Shown here piece by piece: positions 57,848 through 64,000 of a stretch of DNA of 64,000 nt. The translations under genes were made by a program, and so were the position numbers. The notes beneath the pieces are model-generated. The model saw nothing but the letters and a program-made list of their open reading frames with translations. It had not been told where the DNA came from and ran no database searches. Position 1 is the first letter of the stretch; every line of letters begins with the position of its first letter. This DNA comes from an uncultured Actinomycetes bacterium (GTDB lineage: Bacteria; Actinomycetota; UBA4738; HRBIN12): positions 22,913 through 86,912 of the forward strand of contig CAWGKU010000003.1 of the NCBI GenBank assembly GCA_963823255.1. Reading direction: 5' to 3'.

Positions 57848-59265
57848 CCGACCACCTTGATCGCGAGGATCGCGATGTCGTCCTTCGGCTGCCCGGTCCG
57901 GAACCCGACCACCGCGTCCACCACGCCGTCGGCGATCCGTTGGGCTCCGGCGCCCGCGAGCTCGGTCAGGGCCTCGTGCAGGCGCCGCTCGCCGAACTCG
58001 TCCGCATCCCGGCGTTCGTCGGTCACCCCGTCCGTGTACAGGACGAGCGTGTCGCCCAGGTGGAGGTCGACGGCGCGGTCGACCAGCACCGGGTCGTCGA
58101 ACACCCCGACGATCGTGCCAGGGCTCCCCACGACCTCGGTGGTGCCGTCCGCGCGCAGCACCAGGGGCAGCGGATGGCCTCCGCTGCACACGGTCGCGCG
58201 CGCCACGTCACCGGACGGTCGCAGGCGCACGGCGCAGGCCGTGCAGAAGCGCTGGTCGTTCGTCTGCGTGAGGATCGCCTGGTTGAGCGTCTCGAGGATC
58301 GCGCTGGGGCGTCCCTCGCTCATCGCGGCGGTCCTGATCGTGTAGCGCGCCAGGCCCATCATGGCCGCCGCCTCCACCCCTTTGCCGACCACGTCGCCCA
58401 TCACGGCGATCCAGCGGTCGGGCGCGGCCTCGAAGACGTCGTAGAAGTCGCCACCGACCTGCGTCCCCTCGGCGGCGGGGAGGTACCGCGCGGCGATCTC
58501 CAGACCCTCGATGCGCGGCAGCTCCGGCGGCAGGAGGCTACGGCGCAGCGTCTCGGCGACGTACTCGCGTTCGGCGTACAGGCGCGCGTTGTCGACCGCG
58601 AGACCGGCGCGGGCCGCGAGCATCCCCGCGAGCGACTGGTCCTCCTCGACGAACGGCCTCGACGGATCGTCGCGCACGAGTACGAGGACGCCGAGCGTCC
58701 GCCCTCGCGCCGCGAGCGGGACCGCGATCACCGACGCGAGGCCGAGGGAGCGAGCGAGCTCGAGCTGCTCGCCGGGCGCCATCATCCGCTCCATCTGCTT
58801 GTGGGGGACGTTCGGGATCCACGCCGCCTCGCCCGTCTTCAGGACGTTCGCGACGATGCTGTCGGGGTCGTCGGGGTCGGGCAGGTGCGCGTTGGCCATC
58901 CGCTCGACCATCCCGAACCGTGCCGGGTCGCGGTGCGCGCCGACGGCGGCCTGCACCCGGCCCTCCCGGTCGACCGCGAAGGCCACGCTGTAGTCGCAGA
59001 CCCGGCGCGCGGCCGCCGCGGTCGCGGCCGACAGGACCGAACGCACCTCGAGCGACGCCGCCATCGCCACGCCGGCCTCGACGAGGACCTGGAGCCGCTC
59101 GCGCGCCTGGGTCTCGAGCCGGTGGGCGCGTTCGGCTTCCTCGCGAGCGCGGACCGCCTCCTCCCGTGCGGCCTCGGCCTCGGCCTGCGCGTTCTCGGCG
59201 ATCTCGCGCGCGCGCCGCTCGGCGTCGAGCATCCGCTGCTCGAGCGAGAGTGCGGGGTCGGTCAT
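57844..59265 (-). CDS. GAF + SpoIIE/PP2C phosphatase (RsbU/RsbP-like)
   Basis: Coiled coil, GAF (AGLAVDNARLY), VGGDFYD, GDVVGKG, GHPLP, LYTDGVTD, DDIAIL. Confidence 0.92.
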   Translation of the reverse strand: MTDPALSLEQRMLDAERRAREIAENAQAEAEAAREEAVRAREEAERAHRLETQARERLQVLVEAGVAMAASLEVRSVLSAATAAAARRVCDYSVAFAVDREGRVQAAVGAHRDPARFGMVERMANAHLPDPDDPDSIVANVLKTGEAAWIPNVPHKQMERMMAPGEQLELARSLGLASVIAVPLAARGRTLGVLVLVRDDPSRPFVEEDQSLAGMLAARAGLAVDNARLYAEREYVAETLRRSLLPPELPRIEGLEIAARYLPAAEGTQVGGDFYDVFEAAPDRWIAVMGDVVGKGVEAAAMMGLARYTIRTAAMSEGRPSAILETLNQAILTQTNDQRFCTACAVRLRPSGDVARATVCSGGHPLPLVLRADGTTEVVGSPGTIVGVFDDPVLVDRAVDLHLGDTLVLYTDGVTDERRDADEFGERRLHEALTELAGAGAQRIADGVVDAVVGFRTGQPKDDIAILAIKVVG

Positions 59266-59293
59266 CCCTGATCCTTCCGGTGGCACCGTTCGT

Positions 59294-59668
59294 TCAGTTC
59301 GGGGTGATCGGCACGGCGACGCGGAGGACCTGATCGTCGAACTCGGCGTCGGGGAACAACCCCTCGATCAGCGCCCGTCGCGTCGAGCGTTCGGAGACCC
59401 CGTCGAGGCCCTCGGGTGCCCGGTCGAACCGTCCACACGGCTCGATCTCCAGGAGCAGCCGGCCGTCCTCGAGCAGCGAGCGGACCTCGATCCCTTCGGG
59501 CGGCGCGTCCTCCTCGATCGCCTGAGCGCACGCCTCGGTCGCGACGAGGCGGAGGTCGTCGACGGCCTCCTCCGAGCATCCGGTGCTTCGGCCGACGGCC
59601 CCGACGAACGCGCGGACCGAGGCGACGTGCGCGGTGCCGGGAGGGATCCGGATCGAGAGCTGTGCCAT
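59294..59668 (-). CDS. Anti-sigma factor-like protein (degenerate HATPase_c_2)
   Basis: VASVRAFV...DDLRLVATEAC; no N-box Asn or DxG. Confidence 0.75.
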   Translation of the reverse strand: MAQLSIRIPPGTAHVASVRAFVGAVGRSTGCSEEAVDDLRLVATEACAQAIEEDAPPEGIEVRSLLEDGRLLLEIEPCGRFDRAPEGLDGVSERSTRRALIEGLFPDAEFDDQVLRVAVPITPN

Positions 59669-59687
59669 CGGCGCAGGTCCCTCGGCG

Positions 59688-60023
59688 TCAGCCCGCCGGG
59701 AGCTCGGACGTCGAGCCGACGATGTCGAACACGCGGTCGAGCCCGGTGAGGGTGAGCACCTTCATCGGCGTTCCGCCGACGCCCACGAGCACGAGCTTGC
59801 CGTCGCGCTCTCGGATGCGCTTGAGACACGTCACCAGCGAGCCCAGGCTGCTCGAATCCATGAAGTCGACCTTGGTCAGGTCCAGCGCCAGATGGTCGAC
59901 GCCCCCGTGGATCAGCTCGAGCAGGTGATCGCGGAGCGGCGGCGAGGTGTGGAGGTCGAGCTCGCCGGCGACCTCGACGACGGTCCACGGTCCCTCGGTG
60001 CGCGTCCCGACGATCACATCCAT
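59688..60023 (-). CDS. STAS anti-anti-sigma factor (RsbV/BldG-like)
   Basis: VAGELDLHTSPPLR, DLTKVDFMDSSSLG, LTGLDRVF. Confidence 0.92.
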   Translation of the reverse strand: MDVIVGTRTEGPWTVVEVAGELDLHTSPPLRDHLLELIHGGVDHLALDLTKVDFMDSSSLGSLVTCLKRIRERDGKLVLVGVGGTPMKVLTLTGLDRVFDIVGSTSELPAG

Positions 60024-60105
60024 CCGTGGCCTCTCTCGGTCGGTGGCGTTCCCCGCACGCACTCGACGGGGGTCATGCCGGAGCTTCCCTAGTATAGGGA
60101 GCGCG

Positions 60106-60510
60106 ATGGCGAGCCCGACGAACGAAGTGATCACCGTGTCCGTCCCACCGGAGGCCGGGTACGTCCACGTCCTGCGTGCCGTGACGGCGTCCGTGGCCGC
60201 CCGGCTGCCGATCTCGTTCGATGGGGTCGAGGACCTGCGGCTCGCCGTCGACGAGGCGTGCGCGTGGTTGCTCGCCCGCGGGCGGTCGGAGTCGGGGATG
60301 ACCCTTCGGCTGCGTCCCCTGGACGATCGCCTGGAGGCCGAGGTCTCGATCGATGCCGTCGACGGGCCGTGGCCGCCACCCGACCTGCAGCAGAGCCTCC
60401 CGTGGAAGATCCTGTCGGCGCTCGTCGACACCCTCTCCGTGGACACGGACGGGGGGAGCCCCTCGATCCGACTGACCAAGCGGACGCTCGAGCCCTCGCG
60501 GACGACATGA
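60106..60510 (+). CDS. Anti-sigma factor (UsfX/RsbW-like)
   Basis: EDLRLAVDEAC, WKILSALVD; ATGA overlap with the sigma gene. Confidence 0.82.
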   Translation: MASPTNEVITVSVPPEAGYVHVLRAVTASVAARLPISFDGVEDLRLAVDEACAWLLARGRSESGMTLRLRPLDDRLEAEVSIDAVDGPWPPPDLQQSLPWKILSALVDTLSVDTDGGSPSIRLTKRTLEPSRTT

Positions 60511-61313
60511 GCTCCGTCGAGCGCCCGATCGGGTCCACCGACCGCGAGGTCGAGACCGAGCTCTTCAAGCGCCTGCCCGACGACGCCGAGGCGCGGGAGC
60601 AACTGGTCCGCATGTTCCTGCCGCTGGCCGAGTACCTCGCGCGCAGGTTCGACCGGCGAGGCGAACCGCTGGAAGACCTGGTGCAGGTGGCGAGCGTCGG
60701 ACTGCTGAACGCGATCGACCGCTTCGACGTGGAGCGTGACGTCCAATTCTCGACGTACGCCGCCGTCACGATCATCGGGGAGCTCAAGCGGCACTTCCGC
60801 GACAAGGGGTGGGCGATCCGCGTGCCGCGGCGTCTGCAGGAGGTCGGGCTGCGGGTGAACGCCGTCCTGCCCGAACTCTCCCAGGAGCTCGGGCGCTCGC
60901 CGACGGTCGAGGAGATCGCCGCGCGGTGCGAGGCCTCGCCCGAGGAGATCCTCGACGCGATGGAGGCGGTGCAGGCCTACTCGACGACGTCGCTCGATTC
61001 GCCCGTGGGCGAGGAGGGCGCGGCACCGATCGACGTGCTCGGCGGCGACGACCCGTCGCTCGAGATCCTCGATGGATGGGCGTCGGTGGCTCCGGCCGTG
61101 AAGGAGCTCCCGGAGCGCGAACGCAGGGTGCTGTACCTGCGCTTCTTCCGCGGGCTCACCCAGTCCGAGATCGCCAAGGAGGTCGGCGTCTCGCAGATGC
61201 ACGTGAGCAGGATCCTCTCGCAGACCTTGTCGTTCCTTCGGGGAGCGGTGCTCGAAGAAGGAGATCCGCTCCGCGAGGCGGAACCTCACGGAGCGGACCT
61301 CGACGAAACGTAG
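60507..61313 (+). CDS. sigF: SigF/SigB family RNA polymerase sigma factor
   Basis: EDLVQVASVGLLNAIDRFD, GELKRHFRDKGWAIRVPRRLQE, TQSEIA..GVSQMHVSR. Confidence 0.93.
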   Translation: MSSVERPIGSTDREVETELFKRLPDDAEAREQLVRMFLPLAEYLARRFDRRGEPLEDLVQVASVGLLNAIDRFDVERDVQFSTYAAVTIIGELKRHFRDKGWAIRVPRRLQEVGLRVNAVLPELSQELGRSPTVEEIAARCEASPEEILDAMEAVQAYSTTSLDSPVGEEGAAPIDVLGGDDPSLEILDGWASVAPAVKELPERERRVLYLRFFRGLTQSEIAKEVGVSQMHVSRILSQTLSFLRGAVLEEGDPLREAEPHGADLDET

Positions 61314-61330
61314 ACGGGACGCGTCACGCG

Positions 61331-61507
61331 TCAGGAAAAGAGGCTGACGCCTCCCGGACCCACGAGCAGCCCGACGATGATCAAGGCGATGCCCGCGAGC
61401 ACGCCACCGCGGATCAGCGTCACGATCCCCGCGATCACCAGGACCACGGCGAGGACCCAAAGAAGTGTTGCCGCGCCGTCCGTGGCAGCAAGCATGAGAC
61501 CCAACAT
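61331..61507 (-). CDS. GPGG-motif small membrane protein (58 aa, not in the ORF track)
   Basis: MLGLMLAATDGAATLLWVLAVVLVIAGIVTLIRGGVLAGIALIIVGLLVGPGGVSLFS; AAGGAGG SD. Confidence 0.85.
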   Translation of the reverse strand: MLGLMLAATDGAATLLWVLAVVLVIAGIVTLIRGGVLAGIALIIVGLLVGPGGVSLFS

Positions 61508-61528
61508 GGTGGTTCCTCCTTCGCTCGG

Positions 61529-61681
61529 CTAGTCGAACGCCGGGACGATGTACCAGGCAAGGAAGGCCAAGATCGCGAGGACGATGATCACGATCGCCGT
61601 GTACTTGATCGCGGCGTACCCCGCCAGCCCCGAACCCGGCTCTGGATCGTGGTCGTGATACTCGTAATTCGGGTGGGTCAT
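61529..61681 (-). CDS. Small single-TM protein (50 aa)
   Basis: MTHPNYEYHDHDPEPGSGLAGYAAIKYTAIVIIVLAILAFLAWYIVPAFD; GGAGGT SD; downstream of a SigF-type promoter. Confidence 0.75.
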   Translation of the reverse strand: MTHPNYEYHDHDPEPGSGLAGYAAIKYTAIVIIVLAILAFLAWYIVPAFD

Positions 61682-61727
61682 GATCGGTCCACCTCCCGAA
61701 GACGCACTATGCGGCTTCGGCACCGGT

Positions 61728-61754
61728 GTACCCGCACCTCGACCCGTGCAAACC
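61728..61754 (-). promoter_or_regulatory. SigF/SigB-type promoter
   Basis: Minus strand GGTTT-N16-GGGTAC, a consensus match. Confidence 0.75.
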
Positions 61755-61773
61755 GCCGCGGCTCGTCGGCGAC

Positions 61774-61799
61774 GTTTCGCGCGCGCCGTCGAGCGGTAC
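61774..61799 (+). promoter_or_regulatory. SigF/SigB-type promoter (divergent)
   Basis: GTTT-N16-CGGTAC, 9 nt before GTG 61809. Confidence 0.55.
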
Positions 61800-61808
61800 C
61801 TCGTCCCC

Positions 61809-62327
61809 GTGAGCGATCCTCGTTCGGGCACCGTGGCGCCGTCCGGTGACGATGCGCGTGAGGAGCAGGAAGCACCCGACGAGCGTCTGAACCGAGAGCT
61901 GATCGAGCTCCTCAACGAGCTCCGGGTCGCGTTGCCCGGCGTACAGGTGCTGTTCGCGTTCCTGCTCACGGTGCCGTTCAGCGACCGGTTCCAGGACCTC
62001 ACCGGGAGCCAGCGGGGGTTCTACTTCGCGACCTTCGTCGGCACGACGATCGCGACCGGCCTGTTCATGGCGCCCACCGCCTACCACCGGATCCGGTTCC
62101 GAGAGGGCGACAAGGAGCGGATGCTCCGGACCTCGAACCGGTTCGCGGTCGTGGGGATCGGCTTCCTCGCGTTGTCCGTGACGATGGCGGTGGTCCTCAC
62201 GGCCGATCTGCTGTTCGGGCTGGCCACCGCCGCGATGGTCGGGCTCGCGACGTTCGCCTTCCTCGTGTGGGTCTGGTTCGCGATCCCGGTCGCGCGCAAG
62301 GTCCGCGACGAGGACGGTCGCGCTTGA
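61809..62327 (+). CDS. DUF6328 family membrane protein
   Basis: ELLNELRVALPGVQVLFAFLLTVPF, APTAYHR. Confidence 0.88.
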   Translation: MSDPRSGTVAPSGDDAREEQEAPDERLNRELIELLNELRVALPGVQVLFAFLLTVPFSDRFQDLTGSQRGFYFATFVGTTIATGLFMAPTAYHRIRFREGDKERMLRTSNRFAVVGIGFLALSVTMAVVLTADLLFGLATAAMVGLATFAFLVWVWFAIPVARKVRDEDGRA

Positions 62328-62336
62328 CCTGCGGCC

Positions 62337-62361
62337 GTTTGCTCGAACGTCCGCTGGGAAC
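62337..62361 (+). promoter_or_regulatory. SigF/SigB-type promoter of csbD
   Basis: GTTT-N15-GGGAAC. Confidence 0.65.
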
Positions 62362-62416
62362 ACACACGGGGATGGATCCGACCGGATCCGTTCGCGACGA
62401 TCGCGAGGAGGTTCCG

Positions 62417-62641
62417 ATGGACGGCAAGGACGATCGCAGGGAAGGCCGCTTCGACGAGGCCAAGGGCAACGTGAAGGAAGCGTTCGGCGACGCGACCGAC
62501 AACGACGAGCTCGAGCGCGAAGGCAAGAAGGATCAGACGAAGGGCAAGGCGAAGCAGGCGTTGGGCTCGACGAAGGATGCCGCCGGCAAGGCGAAGGACG
62601 CGGCCGCCGACGCCGTGGACAGCGTCAAGGATCGGAAGTAG
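62417..62641 (+). CDS. csbD: CsbD family stress protein
   Basis: AKGNVKEAFGDATDNDELEREGKKDQTKG. Confidence 0.92.
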   Translation: MDGKDDRREGRFDEAKGNVKEAFGDATDNDELEREGKKDQTKGKAKQALGSTKDAAGKAKDAAADAVDSVKDRK

Positions 62642-62679
62642 GGCTCGAACCCGCGACGTGGCGCCGGCCAACCCCGGCG

Positions 62680-63162
62680 CTACGTCGCGGGCCGTCCGGC
62701 GAGGAACGCGATGCGCTCGAGGCGGGGGATCACCTCGACGCGGTACCGCTCGGCGAGCTCGCCGACCGGTCCCGGATCGTCGCCGGGCTCGAGGAGCGCG
62801 ACCAGACGCGCGAACTGTGTCCGCCACCCGAGCGTCCCCAAGATGAAGCGACCCCACCCGAACACGATCCCGCGGACCTTGGGACCCGCCGCCCCGTTCA
62901 GGCTTTCGAACTCCGGACGGCGGAACGCGTAGATCCCGCACTGGCACGACTCGTCTGGGACGCCCTCGTGGACGGGCGGTGTGACCCGCTCCGGCCAGGT
63001 GATCGGTCGCAGGCATACGGCCGAGAAGGGCCGGTCGTGCGGCCAGGTCGTCGGATGGAACAGCGAGAGCAGTTGAGGGGGCAAGCCGTCCGATTCCCTT
63101 CGGATCGACCATTCCCGGTAGCCGACGAGCGGGACGATGCCGTCGGGGGGCTGGAGCATCAC
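62680..63162 (-). CDS. Hypothetical protein with C..H..CxCGIYA motif
   Basis: VGYREW, AVC...H..VPDESCQCGIYAF, GIVFGWG...GWRT; GTGA overlap with the upstream peptide. Confidence 0.7.
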   Translation of the reverse strand: MMLQPPDGIVPLVGYREWSIRRESDGLPPQLLSLFHPTTWPHDRPFSAVCLRPITWPERVTPPVHEGVPDESCQCGIYAFRRPEFESLNGAAGPKVRGIVFGWGRFILGTLGWRTQFARLVALLEPGDDPGPVGELAERYRVEVIPRLERIAFLAGRPAT

Positions 63163-63293
63163 CTGGCCGCCGCGGGTTCCAGGACCGGTTCGTCTGGCTC
63201 GGTCTCTTGCGTCACAGGTTCGTCCGCCGGCACGACTCGCGGGAACACCAGGGGTTCGATGACACCGGTCTCCTCGACCTGCCCGATGAACAT
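63159..63293 (-). CDS. Small acidic/Pro-rich peptide (44 aa)
   Basis: MFIGQVEETGVIEPLVFPRVVPADEPVTQETEPDEPVLEPAAAR; AAGGAGG SD. Confidence 0.65.
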   Translation of the reverse strand: MFIGQVEETGVIEPLVFPRVVPADEPVTQETEPDEPVLEPAAAR

Positions 63294-63354
63294 CCCGGCC
63301 TCCTTCGCGTCCGCGGTGTGGTTAACCCACCACGTCGGGTCCACAACGCCCGAC

Positions 63355-63798
63355 TCAGGCCGCCCGTGCCTGGGACTTGATCGTTCTCATCTGCTCGCCG
63401 AGGGAGTCGAGCGTCTCCTCGTCGAACAACTTGCGCACCTGCCCGAACATCTCGTCTTCCTCTTCCTCGATGTGGTGCAGGAGGTTCTCGCGCATCACGG
63501 TCAGCTTCGCTTTCCAGGTCTCGTCGTCGAACGGGGTCCGCTCGAGCTCCGCGAGGATCGTGTCGACGACGTCGTGCTCCTCGTACGCCTCGAGCACGAT
63601 GTCCTTGGTCTGCGCGTGCTCCTTGAGCGCGGGGTACAGGACGGCCTCCTCCATCTGCTCGTGCACCGTCAGCGAAAACCTCAGCCGCCCGAAGAGATCC
63701 TGTCGCGTCTTGATCGCTCGGTCGGACGTGGCGTCGAGGTCCTTCAGCATCTTCTTGACCTCGTCGTGGTCCTTCTTCAACAGCGTGAGTGCGTCCAC
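63355..63798 (-). CDS. Hemerythrin domain protein
   Basis: LLKKDH, HEQMEEAVLYP, EEH, HHIEEEE..MF. Confidence 0.92.
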   Translation of the reverse strand: MDALTLLKKDHDEVKKMLKDLDATSDRAIKTRQDLFGRLRFSLTVHEQMEEAVLYPALKEHAQTKDIVLEAYEEHDVVDTILAELERTPFDDETWKAKLTVMRENLLHHIEEEEDEMFGQVRKLFDEETLDSLGEQMRTIKSQARAA

Positions 63799-63874
63799 GG
63801 TTCCTCCTCCTCGATCGTCGGCTCGTCGGTCTAAGGGAGGTACCCTCGGGAGCGAAGTCCACGCCTCGGCCCCT

Positions 63875-63900
63875 GGTTTGGCCGCGGGTCCCTCGGGCAA
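63875..63900 (+). promoter_or_regulatory. SigF/SigB-type promoter
   Basis: GGTTT-N15-GGGCAA, 13 nt before ATG 63914. Confidence 0.55.
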
Positions 63901-63913
63901 CACCTTCAACGCG

Positions 63914-64000
63914 ATGACGCGGTTGCGACGGGTGTCGAGCGACGATCCGGGGATCCGGCGGCAGCGCCGTGGTCGCGGCTTCTCGTACACGGGGCCGAGC
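63914..64000 (+). CDS. N-terminus of bacterial DNA topoisomerase IB (partial, runs off the right edge)
   Basis: MTRLRRVSSDDPGIRRQRRGRGFSYTGPS matches the PGIxRxRxGxGFxY N-terminal motif of bacterial TopIB. Confidence 0.75.
   Translation, partial: MTRLRRVSSDDPGIRRQRRGRGFSYTGPS

Noticed and set aside
1-64000. Prophage, IS element, tRNA or rRNA
   Set aside because: No integrase, transposase or structural-gene cluster, no terminal repeats, no cloverleaf or rRNA signature seen; composition looks uniform.

Overview
Very GC-rich bacterial chromosomal window, almost certainly Actinomycetota. Markers are the clpS-DUF2017 pair, a DesA1-type acyl-ACP desaturase, an F420-dependent Ddn-like nitroreductase, an LppM-like lipoprotein, a SigF/SigB-type sigma factor and many apparently leaderless TANNNT promoters. 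It is densely coding (about 80 genes). I found no rRNA, tRNA, CRISPR array, integrase or transposase. About a dozen otherwise intact genes carry small indels, which most likely are long-read assembly errors. Main blocks: (1) sulfite-oxidase-like/ferredoxin reductase/DUF6510/hydantoinase operon; (2) two multidomain class III nucleotide cyclases; (3) a large secreted alkaline-phosphatase-superfamily protein; (4) two toxin-antitoxin pairs (HTH + nucleotidyltransferase with a palindromic operator; Xre + RES); (5) a catabolic island with a molybdenum hydroxylase having two different large subunits, divergent from cyclase/VOC/ECH/CoA ligase/amidase/SDR genes; (6) a DinB2-type polymerase lacking the aromatic steric gate, translationally coupled to two divergent uridine-phosphorylase paralogues; (7) a SigF/SigB general-stress island with several GTTT-N15/16-GGGWAC-type promoters and several small proteins missing from the ORF track. 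The most notable non-coding signals are a 6C-like twin C-loop RNA behind a SigF-type promoter, a second multibranched C-loop RNA behind a sigma28-type promoter, and a desaturase leader with twin CCAA-loop hairpins. All functional calls come from motif recognition by eye; no searches were run.
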